Positions 24,543 to 36,399 of a stretch of DNA of 64,000 nucleotides are shown piece by piece. How positions within the stretch are numbered: the stretch's first letter is position 1; every line of letters begins with the position of its first letter. The notes beneath the pieces were generated by a model. That model was not told where the DNA came from. It ran no database searches and worked only from the letters and a program-made list of their open reading frames with translations. This DNA is from Ascoidea asiatica JCM 7603 (Eukaryota > Fungi > Ascomycota): NCBI GenBank assembly GCA_001600695.1, contig BCKQ01000014.1:250937-314936 (forward strand). The letters are read 5' to 3'. Position numbers and translations under genes: made by a program.

Positions 24543-26156
24543 TTATGGAGTATATAAATCTTTTGGTTTTACTTTACCATCTTTTAAAGCATAAAATAAT
24601 TGCAGAATAGTTTCTTTAGCTTCTTTAGATTCATTTAAATAATCTGATCTTATTCCACTTAAAGGATTTGGTCTACCAATTGGAGCAAATTCCATTAATT
24701 TATCAATATATTCAAATTTAACATTATTATTATCATGTAAAAAAATATTCAGATCTGAATTTTTCAAACACCAATTTTTTTGAAAATTTTTATTTGGTAA
24801 ATTTTTAAAACCAGACCAAATTCCAGAAATTGCAATACCATTTGATTCAATTCTACTAAATGTAAAAGGTCCAAATGAATTTCCAACTAAAGCTAATGAT
24901 GAATCATTAATTGAAAATGTATATAAATAAAAATCTAAAAAATTTTTTTTTTCATTAATTAAATTTTTATTAAAAAATGGATAATATGTATGATAACCAG
25001 TTGAAAAAATAATTTGATCAAAATTTTCTTCAATTGAATTATCAATAAATTTAATTTTATTTGAATTTAAAATAAATTCTTTAATTAATGGTTTAATAAT
25101 TATATATGATTTTAAATTTTCAAAAATTTCATTTGTCCAATTATTTTTTGATTTTTGAGAAATATAAATTGAATTTAAATTTCTTGGAAATGAATATTGA
25201 ATTAAATCTAAACAACTTACATTATTACCAATAAATAAAATTTTTTTTTTATCAATTAAAATTTCTGGATTATTCAAAGATTTTGAATGTTGAATAGAAA
25301 TTTTTGGATTAGTTTTAATAAAATTTAAAAAATTTTTAAATTTTGGTATATATGGAATTGATTTACCATTTGCAATTATTAAGCCATCAAATTTTTCTTC
25401 ATACCATTTTTCATATATAATATTATTATCAATAAATTTTTCTTCTACTTGTTTTATAATTAAAATCCATTTATTTAATTTATTATCTTTATAAACATAT
25501 TCAACATTTGAATTAAATCTAATAAATTTTAATAAATTATTTTTTTCAGAAGATTTTTTTAAATAATTTCCAACTTCTGAAGATAATTGTAAATTTTTTA
25601 ATAATTTAATTTTTGAATTATTTTGAGGTTTATCAAATGAAAAGGTCATAAAATTTCTTGTAACATTTGTAAATAAATTCATATAAATTCCAGATCCATT
25701 CCATTGATATTTATTAATAATTTTTGTATTTTCATTTATTTCTTTTTTTAAAATAAGTGGATTATCATATGAATAAGTTATATTTTTAAGTTTGAATTCT
25801 TTTGGAATTTCAGATTTTTCAAATATACTCTCAGGTTTATCATAATCATAATCATAATCATAATCATAATCATTTTTACAATCATTTTCATTATTTTTGT
25901 GATTGAAGTTTGGTAAATTTGGATCAATATCCTTTTCTGCAATAGAATCACTCCAAATACCACCAACAGTTGAATTTCTTTCAAAAGCAACTATTTCATT
26001 AAAAGCAAAATCATCTTCTGAATAATTATTTGAATTTATATCTTTACCAAATATTGAAATACCATTTTTTAAAGTATGTGATAAATCATATAAAGTTGAT
26101 AAACCTGAAGGTCCAGCACCAATTATTGCAATATCTTTAATATTTAATTCATTCAT
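24543..26156 (-). CDS. Flavin-containing monooxygenase (FMO family)
   Basis: IAIIGAGPSG (FAD), FERNSTVGGIW, Y.NLFTN, IRFNSNVEYV, HSK, IFSTGY. Confidence 0.85.
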   Translation of the reverse strand: MNELNIKDIAIIGAGPSGLSTLYDLSHTLKNGISIFGKDINSNNYSEDDFAFNEIVAFERNSTVGGIWSDSIAEKDIDPNLPNFNHKNNENDCKNDYDYDYDYDYDKPESIFEKSEIPKEFKLKNITYSYDNPLILKKEINENTKIINKYQWNGSGIYMNLFTNVTRNFMTFSFDKPQNNSKIKLLKNLQLSSEVGNYLKKSSEKNNLLKFIRFNSNVEYVYKDNKLNKWILIIKQVEEKFIDNNIIYEKWYEEKFDGLIIANGKSIPYIPKFKNFLNFIKTNPKISIQHSKSLNNPEILIDKKKILFIGNNVSCLDLIQYSFPRNLNSIYISQKSKNNWTNEIFENLKSYIIIKPLIKEFILNSNKIKFIDNSIEENFDQIIFSTGYHTYYPFFNKNLINEKKNFLDFYLYTFSINDSSLALVGNSFGPFTFSRIESNGIAISGIWSGFKNLPNKNFQKNWCLKNSDLNIFLHDNNNVKFEYIDKLMEFAPIGRPNPLSGIRSDYLNESKEAKETILQLFYALKDGKVKPKDLYTP

Positions 26157-26993
26157 TTTGAATTTATTTAGGAAAATAGGAAAAAAATAAAGTAGTTTGA
26201 AGTTAAATTAGAACTAATAATGCCCTTTTATACATATTTTTTACCTCTTTCAATATAAATTAATCTAAAAGATCTATATCTAATAGTTTCAGTATTATGT
26301 ATTAAGTTACACTAAACATCCCTCAAAATTATCAAAAAAATGTTTTAGATTCATCTTAAGTACTTACTTAAAGCCTTTTTTTCTAATTTTTTTAAAATAC
26401 AAAGTCATTAAAATTATTAATGAGCCGTAATTATTTATAAGAAGAGTCTTGATAACATTGTAATATTATCTTAATAAAAGTTCATTGACTAATAGAAAAT
26501 GATTCAAAGTAATCCATGCGATTATAATTTAACCGATTAGATGAAGTTTAATTGGGTCAGAATGATAAATATACCAAGAAAAAGAAAGACACTTTGAGTA
26601 AAGAGAGATCATTTAACCATTTTTGAAGATGAATAACCTTCTTTTTTTTTATTTATCTTTAGTTTATTATATTTATTTGAAGGTTATGCACTCGCCACCT
26701 AAAGTTAAGGTTGACAAAAACGCAGACAAGGTTGGCCAATGAGAACGTGCCCCGTTCTTTTTTCCGCCGGAGTCAACTGATCGTTTAGATAGGGACAAAG
26801 CAGTGCTGCATTTGGGACATTAAAGCCACCTCTGTTGATTATCCACAGAACTGGTCTCATTCTGTTTATTCACGTGGTCACTGCAAGTTATCGCCATTCC
26901 TTTGGGTCTCTTTTCTGCTTTATTTTCTCGTCTCATGCTCTTTTTGTGTTTCGATTCAGCCAAGTTGGAGCTGGTGAACATTCTGTTAAGGCT

Positions 26994-27038
26994 CTAAAAG
27001 ACTAAAAGACTAAAAGACTAAAAGACTAAAGACTAAGA
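26994..27038 (+). repeat. 8-bp tandem repeat CTAAAAGA (4 perfect plus 2 shortened units)
   Basis: Read directly, in the divergent FMO/ECM15 intergenic region. Confidence 0.85.
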
Positions 27039-27442
27039 AGAAGAGTGTGAAAGGCTGCAAAGAGTTGGTTGTTGGAATAACTGAAAGATAAAGCAGCAGA
27101 AGACTGTTTATTGTCATTTATATTCCTTTACAATAGTGAATTGAAATATTGATTCCTTGCATTTTTCATTGACGATAATCAACAATAAATAATAAATAAT
27201 AAATAAAATATTTCATAATGCTACGGATTGAGTGAAGTATTTTGATTGGTTAGATTTCCGATAAAACCGGTAAAATTAAAGAAATAAATAATAATCAATA
27301 TTTTAGATTTCAAGGGATGAGTAACTATTTAAACAGACTTGAATGAATAATTGACTTAATTTAATTTAACTTAACTTATTTAATCAAAAAATAAAATTTA
27401 TCATTATAATAATAAGTTCAATTATTAAATTTAATTTTTAAA

Positions 27443-27775
27443 ATGGTTGATATTAATTGTATTGCAGATATTTGTTTAATACCAATTGGCACAAATTCAC
27501 CTTCAGTTTCAACATATATTGCAAAAATTGAATTAAAAATTAAAAAAAGTGGTTTAAAACATATTTTACATAGTGCAGGTACAACAATTGAAGGTAATTG
27601 GGATGATGTATTTAAATTAATTGGTGAATTACATGAATATTGTCATAAAGATTTAAAAATTTTAAGAATTCAAAGTGATATTAGAGTTGGTACAAGAATT
27701 GATAAATTAAATCAATCCGCTGAAGATAAAGTTAATATTGTTAATAAAAAAATGAATGATTTATCAAATGATTAA
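27443..27775 (+). CDS. ECM15: UPF0045 thiamine-binding-fold protein Ecm15
   Basis: CIADICLIPIGT.SPSVS...LHSAGTTIEG.WDDV...RIQSDIRVGTR.DK. Confidence 0.9.
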   Translation: MVDINCIADICLIPIGTNSPSVSTYIAKIELKIKKSGLKHILHSAGTTIEGNWDDVFKLIGELHEYCHKDLKILRIQSDIRVGTRIDKLNQSAEDKVNIVNKKMNDLSND

Positions 27776-27990
27776 TTATATTAAATTAAACTTATTAAAA
27801 TAATACTATATAATGACTAACTATTGAAATAAATGATATGAAATAGAATGAAATAGAATGAAATAGAATGAAATGAATATAAATAAATTGAAATAAAACT
27901 CGTTAAAACTCATGAAAAAGACATAATGTAATGAATTGATATAAAAAATTATAATATAAAATAATGAAATAATAACAAAATAAATAGTTA

Positions 27991-28311
27991 TTAATGAGAT
28001 GAATATGAACGACAATTTGGACAATTGAATTTATTTCTTTTTTTATAATTATTAGTTAAATTTAAATCTAATAATGAATAAATTTCAAAATTTGATTTAC
28101 AATTTGAGCAATAATATTTTAATTTAACAATTTTATAATTATAATTATAATTATAATTATAATTATTATTAAAATTTGTAAATGATTTAATCTTAAATAT
28201 TAATGAATCTTGAGAATTATTTGAATTATTTGAATTATTTGAATTATTTGAATCTAGTGAATTTCTTCTATTGAATAGAAATTTATTTTTTAATAATGAT
28301 ATATTTGACAT
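27991..28311 (-). CDS. Hypothetical 106-aa protein with a C-terminal CxxC...CxxC zinc ribbon
   Basis: AAAATG start, CSNC and CPNC pair, RRNS motif, in-frame 9-bp and 6-bp repeats. Confidence 0.5.
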   Translation of the reverse strand: MSNISLLKNKFLFNRRNSLDSNNSNNSNNSNNSQDSLIFKIKSFTNFNNNYNYNYNYNYKIVKLKYYCSNCKSNFEIYSLLDLNLTNNYKKRNKFNCPNCRSYSSH

Positions 28312-29716
28312 TTTATTAATATTATTATTATTGTAATTATTATTAATTTACTTAATGGATGAATTAATTAATCAAATGAATGAATAGGATAGTATAGGAT
28401 ATGAATTTGAAATAAATTAAAGGATTTCAATTATATTATATACTTTATTTAAAATATAATGTATATTATAATTTTGGAAGTTAATAGAATTTAATATACA
28501 ATACAATATTAAACGAACTAACGAAGTAAACGATAATAAATAAGTAAATAACTTTTTACTTTTTAATTGATAAGAAATTTAATTGAATAGTAATTAAATT
28601 AATATACTTTTTAAATTTAACTCTCTTAAGGGTTCAAAGTTGAAAAAAAAAAAAAATTTAATATACTTTTTAAAAAGTAAACTAAAAATTTTGGTCATTA
28701 ATGGTATACAACATGATTAACTTTTTTTTCATTTACATAAGTAAATTAAATAATTAATTATAGTAATTGATAAAGAAAAGCCACGAATAATTTATAGTTT
28801 AAGAAAATCCTTGAATATATCGGAAATATAATTAATCATAAATATTAAAACAATATTAAAACAATTTCATTTTCATTGATTATTAAGTTTGTTTTAAAGA
28901 ATTTTGACTCTATTTTTTTTCTATAAAGTACTTTCCAGAGTGGCTAATGTATGGCTTTTATGACAGAAAGAGTAACATTTAAATAAAATTTATGAGAGAT
29001 TTTATTTCATATTCTGCTTGTTAAATCAGAGTAAAGTAATTTGAACCCTTAAAGAAAGATAAAATTAAATAAAATATGACCTTTATGAAATATTTCAACA
29101 ATTTCAATTCTGTCAAATAAATTTATTTCTTATCATAAAAATTCAAACTCAAACTCAAAGTACTTGACCCTCAAATGTGGTCTCCTTAAGTAACCCATAC
29201 CACTGGCACTACCACTTAAAAGGATTTAATGCATTTATACATCTAAGTACAGACAATTACTGATAAATGCATAATAAAATTTACCAAACCTGTGGATCTT
29301 ACCAGTGCCATGGGTAGCACCCCTTTCAGTGGTACATGCATCTTCAAACCTTCACCCCACATATCACTCTGGCAACCGAGCAACCAGAAACGGCTCCTAC
29401 CCGCCACATGCCCAAGCCACTTTCCTTTCCCTTTATTTACAAATTTCACCTGTCGCAGCTCTGCTTCTTTTTTTCCCTTCTTTCACCTGAAAGGCTTTAA
29501 ACACCCAATTTCATGTCACCAAAATATATTCAATTCCTTTATTTATTATTTATTCATCAATTCATTTTACATTGCTTAAATTATTTTTTATTTCATTTAT
29601 TTATTTCAATTCAATTAACTTATATCATTCATTAAGACTTTATTCATTATTCAATTCATTTCAATTCAATTAATCTATAATATATTCGGAATTGTTTCAT
29701 ATAAAGAAAATTGAAA

Positions 29717-32700
29717 ATGAGTACAGTTACTGAAATGGCTGGTAACAGTACTTTTGTACCTGAAAAAGATAATAAAGAATCAATTAAAGATTCAAAAGAT
29801 GATTTAAAAGAAGAATCAAAACCAGAAAAACCAGAAAGAAAAAGAGTTGCAAAAACTGCAAATGCAAGAGGTTGGAAAGAAGCTGGAGGTTGGACTGAAT
29901 CTGATATTTTAACTCCAGAAGATGAATTAGATGATTTATTAAATACTCCAACTTTTTTAGATAATATTTTACCTGATATTGCTTATGGTGATTGGTATCA
30001 TAATGTTATAATTATAATAATTTCAAGTTTAACATGTTTTATAATTGGTAAATTTAAATTTAATATTGGTGTAATTTTTCCATTTATTTTAATATTTTCT
30101 TTATATTATAGAACTCAAATTAGAAAATATAGAAGTAATTTAAGAGATTTAGCTCAAAGAGAATTTTCTATAAAAAAAATTGAAAATGATTTTGAATCAA
30201 TGGATTGGTTAAATACTTTTTTAGATAAATTTTGGATTTTTTTAGAACCAAGTATTTGTAAAATTACTTGTGATCAAGTTAATCCAATTTTTACAACTTT
30301 AGATTTTTTACCAAATTTTATAACTTCAATTTGGATTGATACTTTTACTTTAGGTACAAAACCTCCAAGAATTGAACATGTTAAAACTTTTCCAAGAACT
30401 TCTGATGATGTTGTTGTAATGGATTGGTGTTGCTCAATGATACCAAATGAAATTTCTGATATGAATATAAAACAATTAAAAAATCATATTAATCAAAAAG
30501 TTATAATAAAAATTAAATTATTTAAATTTTTAACTTTTCCAATTGTTATTGAAGATGTATCTTTCAAAGTTACTGTAAGAGTTAGAATTAGAATGATGCC
30601 AAATTTTCCAAATATTGATACAATTAATATTTCATTACCTGAATTTCCAGAATTTGATTTTGTTTCCAAAATTTTTGGTCAAGGTATTTGGAATTGGGAA
30701 ATTTTATCAATTCCAGGTTTATTATTATTAATTAATGATATGATTAAAAAATTTATTGGTCCAATTTTATTTAATCCTTTTAGTTTTCAATTAAATATTG
30801 AAGAATTATTAAAAGGTAATTTAAATGGTTCAATTGGTGTTTTAACTTTAAATATAAAAAATGCAAAAGATATAAAATTATTTGATACAACTACTGGTAA
30901 TACAATTGATCCATATTTAAATTTTACTTTTGATTCAAATAAAATTTTATCAAAAACAAAAATTATTGAAGATACAACAAATCCAATTTGGAATGAAAAA
31001 ATTTATTTATTAATAAATTCATTATCATTTCCTTTACAAATAATTTGTTATGATTATAATGATGATAGAAAAGATGTTAAAATGGGTACTATAAATTATG
31101 ATATTCAATCAATTAAATCAATTACTAATAAATTAAATATTAATTCTTCATTTTTAAGAAATAATAAACCTGTTGGAAATCTAAATTTTGATTATAATTT
31201 TAATCCAGTTTTAGAAGGTAAAAAAATAATTGATGGTTCAATGGAACCACCACCTGAATTAAATACTGGTATTATAAGAATTGAAATTAATGAATGTAAA
31301 ATTGAAGAACCTGAAAATCCAAATACCTTTATTGAAATGTATATAGATAAAAAAAAAATTTCAACAACTTCAATAATTAAATCAAATAATAATCCAAATT
31401 TCAATTTAATTGAAGAAAAATTAATTTTTAATAAAAATAAAACAAAAATTTTATTTGTTTTAAGAAATGATAAGAAAAAAATTTTAGATTTTTTGAATAC
31501 AAATTTAAATGATATTATTGATAGAACTGAAGTTGATAAAAAATGGATACCATTTAAAAATGGTAATGGAGAAATTAAAATTACTGCAAATTGGAAACCT
31601 GTTGAATTAGAAACAGATTCATCATCAAATGATTATGCAGATCCAATTGGTGTTGTTAGAGTTTTAATAACAAAAGCAACAGGTTTACGTAATTTAGAAA
31701 ATGTTGGTACAATTGATCCATATGCTAGAATTTTAATTAATGGATTTCAAAGAGGTAGAACAGTTCCAGATGATTCAACAGTTAATCCAGTTTGGAATGA
31801 AGTTTTATATACAACAGTTACTGGACCAAATCAAAAATTAACAATCGAATGTATGGATGTTGAAAAAATTGGTGGAGATCGTACATTAGGATCTTTTGAT
31901 ATAAAATTGAATGAAATTATTCAAAAAAATGATAATAATAATGATTTTAATATTTTTATTGATAAAGATAATAGAAATAATAAATTAATTTCAAAAAAAG
32001 GTCCAAAAGGTACTGTTGAATATCATTTAAGTTTTTATCCTTCTATTCAAATAATGAATTTAGATGAAATTAAAGAGCTTAAAGAAGAAGAATTATTAAA
32101 AGAAAAGAAATTAATTGAATCAAATAACAATAAGGAAATTAAAGATAAAGAAAAAGTTGAAAAAACAGAAGATGAAAAATTAGAAGAAGAAATTTCAAAA
32201 TTAGATATTAATCATAAAAAAAATTTATCATTAAACCAATTAATTGAATATAATTCAGGAATTTTTGTATTTCAAATTTTTGATGGAAATTTTCAATCTA
32301 ACGGAACTTATTTACAAATTTTTTTCGATGCCGATAATTATCCAAAATTTGAATCAATGAAAATTAAAAATAAAAAATCAAATATTAATTTAACTGGAGA
32401 TACAATTATTAAAGAAATTGGATGGTCAACAATTACATTTAGATTATCAAAAGAAAATGGATCAAGTAGAGTTGATGAATTCATTGAAGAAGCAAATATT
32501 CCAACAAGAGTTTTATTACAAAATTCTTTTTATAAACCATATAAAATTCAATTTAATGGTGGATCAATAATCAATTTACAAACAAGATATATACCATTAA
32601 TAATGGAACAAATTCCATTAATGGATACAATTTTAAATTCAGGTTTTATGACAGTAACAGTTATTAATGGTAGAAATTTAATTTCTGCAGATTCTAATGG

Positions 32701-33208
32701 TAAATCAGATCCATTTGTTGAATTAAAATTAAATGGTAAAAAACTTTTAAAAACAAATAAAGTTAAAAAAACTTTAAATCCAGATTTTGATATAAATAAA
32801 GAAAAAATTTCAATTGATGTTTCAAATAGATATATGAGTCAATTAGAAGTTTATTGTAATGATTGGGATTTTGGTGAAGGACAAGATGATCCATTAGGTT
32901 CTGGAATTTTATATCTTAAAGATATAAATGTTAATGAAATAAATGAAATTAAAGTACCATTAGAATTAGAAAATAAAGAAGCTGGATATATAACATTAAA
33001 AGTTGAATTTAAACCTGAATATGTTTCAAGTATTAAAAAACATGAAACATCAATTTTAGATGCTGGTACAAAAGTATTTGGAGCAGGTAAAACATTTATT
33101 GGAGCCGGTGGAAAAGTTGTTGGAGGAGCAGCAGGAGTTGTTGGTAAAGGAGGTTCATTTGTTAAAAATAATATTTTTGGACGTAAGAAGAAAGCAGCAG
33201 CCAATTGA
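29717..33208 (+). CDS. Tricalbin (Tcb1/Tcb2-like ER-PM tether: TM hairpin, SMP domain, C2 domains)
   Basis: First ATG at 29717. ESMDWLNTFLDKFW and FTLGTKPPRI (SMP); several C2 domains, e.g. NLISADSNGKSDPFV...KKTLNP.F...DWD. Confidence 0.9.
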   Translation: MSTVTEMAGNSTFVPEKDNKESIKDSKDDLKEESKPEKPERKRVAKTANARGWKEAGGWTESDILTPEDELDDLLNTPTFLDNILPDIAYGDWYHNVIIIIISSLTCFIIGKFKFNIGVIFPFILIFSLYYRTQIRKYRSNLRDLAQREFSIKKIENDFESMDWLNTFLDKFWIFLEPSICKITCDQVNPIFTTLDFLPNFITSIWIDTFTLGTKPPRIEHVKTFPRTSDDVVVMDWCCSMIPNEISDMNIKQLKNHINQKVIIKIKLFKFLTFPIVIEDVSFKVTVRVRIRMMPNFPNIDTINISLPEFPEFDFVSKIFGQGIWNWEILSIPGLLLLINDMIKKFIGPILFNPFSFQLNIEELLKGNLNGSIGVLTLNIKNAKDIKLFDTTTGNTIDPYLNFTFDSNKILSKTKIIEDTTNPIWNEKIYLLINSLSFPLQIICYDYNDDRKDVKMGTINYDIQSIKSITNKLNINSSFLRNNKPVGNLNFDYNFNPVLEGKKIIDGSMEPPPELNTGIIRIEINECKIEEPENPNTFIEMYIDKKKISTTSIIKSNNNPNFNLIEEKLIFNKNKTKILFVLRNDKKKILDFLNTNLNDIIDRTEVDKKWIPFKNGNGEIKITANWKPVELETDSSSNDYADPIGVVRVLITKATGLRNLENVGTIDPYARILINGFQRGRTVPDDSTVNPVWNEVLYTTVTGPNQKLTIECMDVEKIGGDRTLGSFDIKLNEIIQKNDNNNDFNIFIDKDNRNNKLISKKGPKGTVEYHLSFYPSIQIMNLDEIKELKEEELLKEKKLIESNNNKEIKDKEKVEKTEDEKLEEEISKLDINHKKNLSLNQLIEYNSGIFVFQIFDGNFQSNGTYLQIFFDADNYPKFESMKIKNKKSNINLTGDTIIKEIGWSTITFRLSKENGSSRVDEFIEEANIPTRVLLQNSFYKPYKIQFNGGSIINLQTRYIPLIMEQIPLMDTILNSGFMTVTVINGRNLISADSNGKSDPFVELKLNGKKLLKTNKVKKTLNPDFDINKEKISIDVSNRYMSQLEVYCNDWDFGEGQDDPLGSGILYLKDINVNEINEIKVPLELENKEAGYITLKVEFKPEYVSSIKKHETSILDAGTKVFGAGKTFIGAGGKVVGGAAGVVGKGGSFVKNNIFGRKKKAAAN

Positions 33209-33225
33209 ATTAGTTAATTAATCGA

Positions 33226-34521
33226 TTAATTATATAAATCAATAAATATATTTATGAATAAGATTAAAATTTGAAAAAAAAATAAAATTATTAAAACTAA
33301 AAATAAATTAATTTGATTTAAATTTTTTAAATTTTTTTTAAACATTATTAATAAATTATTAATTTTTTTTAATTTTTTATTTAATAAATTAACTCTATTA
33401 TTAATTTTTAAATATGATTTTACGGAAATATAAATTGGATTTAAAATTGGATTTGACCAAAATAAATCTGGAGAATCAAGAATATTAAAATATAAATTAA
33501 TTTTAATTCTTAAAATAAATAAATTTCCAATTTTTTTTAAAATTTTTTCTCTATTTAAATTAAAACCTTTATTTATAAGATAATTTGGTAAATTAATATT
33601 ATTTTTTATGATTACATTTAATAAATTTTCTAAATATGTGATTTTTATAGATTGTGAAATTGGTAAAGATATTGATAATAATATTAAATTTATATTTTTA
33701 ATATTATTTTTATTTAAATAAGTTGAAGATATTATTATGAAATCATTATATAATTTTATATTTTTACAATCATTATTACAATTATTTTTAGAATTATTAA
33801 TTGTATTTGATATGAAATAGTTAAAAGATTTAAATTGAATTAAGTCTTTTGATAATTTTTCAATTAAAAATTGTGTTATTATATTTTTAATTATAAAATG
33901 TTGTTGAAATTTATTAAAACCCCACATTACTATAACACCATAATTGAAAACAAAAAGAGTTTTAAAATTATATATATTTGAATTGTCATTGTCACTGTCA
34001 TTGTCATTGTCATTTTCATTGTCATTGTCATTATCCTTGTTATTGTCATTATCATTATCATTATTATCTTGATTGTCATCTTGATTAACATTATCAATCT
34101 CAATAAAATTATCTATATCATTAACATTTTGTTTATTATAATTTTCATTTGAAGAAATTGGTAAATTTAAATTTGTTAATAAATATTTACTAAATAATTT
34201 TGGATTTGAATTATAAATTTTTTTGAAATTTATTGAATTTAAGTAATTAAATAAACTAATCAAATTAATTGAATCTGATAAACAATAAGTTGATATTATT
34301 GGTAATAAATTTCTTTGATTTTTATTTAAAATTTCTATTTTCTTAAATTTATTGAATTTTATTTTTAATTTTGAATTATTTTCTAAGTTATTGTAATCAT
34401 TATTTGCATTATTAAAATAATAGTTATCATTAATCTTGAATGAGTTTAAATTTGACAATAGTGGAGAATTTTCATTTAAATCCTTAATATTATTGATATT
34501 ATTGTGATCATTATTGAACAT
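33226..34521 (-). CDS. RMD1: Rmd1-family (DUF155) protein, divergent
   Basis: LFVFNYGVIVMWGF, YNDFI, SISLPISQSIKI, IGNLFILRIKINL, LDSPDLFWS.P.L.PIY, RVNLLN, C-terminal TM helix. Confidence 0.8.
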   Translation of the reverse strand: MFNNDHNNINNIKDLNENSPLLSNLNSFKINDNYYFNNANNDYNNLENNSKLKIKFNKFKKIEILNKNQRNLLPIISTYCLSDSINLISLFNYLNSINFKKIYNSNPKLFSKYLLTNLNLPISSNENYNKQNVNDIDNFIEIDNVNQDDNQDNNDNDNDNNKDNDNDNENDNDNDSDNDNSNIYNFKTLFVFNYGVIVMWGFNKFQQHFIIKNIITQFLIEKLSKDLIQFKSFNYFISNTINNSKNNCNNDCKNIKLYNDFIIISSTYLNKNNIKNINLILLSISLPISQSIKITYLENLLNVIIKNNINLPNYLINKGFNLNREKILKKIGNLFILRIKINLYFNILDSPDLFWSNPILNPIYISVKSYLKINNRVNLLNKKLKKINNLLIMFKKNLKNLNQINLFLVLIILFFFQILILFINIFIDLYN

Positions 34522-36399
34522 TTTTTGTTTCTATTCTTCCAATATCTTATTATCTTATTATCTTACTATCGTATTATTTTATTATCTTATTGATATTTAT
34601 TGACGTTTATTTCATTCATCTTTCGAATTCTGTTAATCTTTCTGAGGTATTCAAAACCAACTTCAAAATTAAATTCAACGGAAAATGAGACAAAAAGACA
34701 AAGATTAAAACCAGGGGCTAAAATAAAACGTAATTCGTGGGTCTGACATAATGCCAGGTGACTACATTGAAAGAATCCTCTCCTCAATCGAGTTCCGTAT
34801 GTAAACCATTGATTGTACTTCCATCGAAATATCAGATTGTTACTAAAAAGATATCTAATTCAAATTACAAACATTTGTTAACTAAAATATAAAATATATA
34901 AAAATTGTAAAAAAAAACCGGGAGTTAACTGTCCTATTTATATTGGGTAACAATAAGTGCGGGTCATCCATCTCAAAAAAAAATTTGAAAAATTGGTAAG
35001 AAAAAGTTCACTTCCCATCATTAACAAATAAACTAAAATAACGACTTACTTCCAAAATGTTTCGACCATTCTGCGAAAAAACAAAAAAATTTTTAGACCT
35101 TTGCGATTCACACTAAACCTCGATGACAATGTTTGTAATCAACAAGATGGTCTTTTTATTTGTCATATGCGTTTGTAATTTTTAATCGAAAAATAGCCAG
35201 TAATAGTAGTACTAACAGAAATTCAAACCGGTTATAAATAATCAACTTAAAGCGTCACAGGGCACACAGACAATAAACCCATTATTAACTACTAAATAGA
35301 TTGCCTATAGAAACGCTCTTAGAAGCAACAGAAAAATTTTGTACAACTCTCACAGGCACCTGTGACGAGCACCCAAATCAAACGCAGCTCTTACGACTGC
35401 AATAACTAGCAGTAGTAGTCGGCAGCGTGATATAGCGTGCTTCGGCGCGTCGAAACCAAAAAACCAGAAACCTTCCAGAAACTCAGGAACTTAAGACCAA
35501 CAGCCAAACTTTAATTAACCCCTGCCACATATTTAGCGACGTGCACATCTAGTTAAGGTTTTAATCACCTCTCTTGATTACTAATTTTTTCATGAATTAT
35601 TTTGGTCTAATGGTTTGGTGTTGCCTCTTTTTTGACTTGAGTGATTCTTGAGTTTTTGCTGTGATAATGAAGAACAACATGGGAAAAAGTGTTTCAAGTT
35701 TTGGCTTTGCATTTAGACTAATCATTATTAATGCAAAATAAACGAAAATACAGTTCAATTTCAAAAACAAATTGAAGTACTGTACATGGCAGTTATATTA
35801 TACATTAAGGAAAGTGCTGGTTTCCTTAAATGACAATTTTATCAAAATGGCATGTTGACTATCTTGATTCAAAATGTAATTGTTTACTTTTTGGTTTAAT
35901 TATTTAATATAAAAATAGGGAAATGTTGGAATTTGGTTTCAGTGGTGGTTTGTTTAAATTGGTTGATTGATGGAACATCATGTGCTTAAATTTACCTTTT
36001 TGTTTATATAGTTTAAATGGCAATTTGATTTTGAATCGAATTGCAGTTTTGAGGTTTTGTTGATTCAAACGTAATGTTCGGTTAGTCGAGTTTTAGTGTT
36101 TTTGATATCAATTGCTTTGTTTTTTTGTTTACCAAATTAATATGATGTTTTTTGACAAATCGTTTTCTGTTAAAATTAGTATATATATGTGGAGATGTGT
36201 TTATTTATAATAGGTCGATTAATTATATGTTTATTTCGAATTAGCGTGACTAATTATATTTATTATTAATCATGCTATCTACATTCATTAATATTATTTT
36301 TATTATTAAAGATTATTCTATTTAATAGTAGGGAAAAATTGTTTTTTACACAGAATTTACATTTCAGGTTTTATGAAATACGTGGTATAGGTCTTCACT

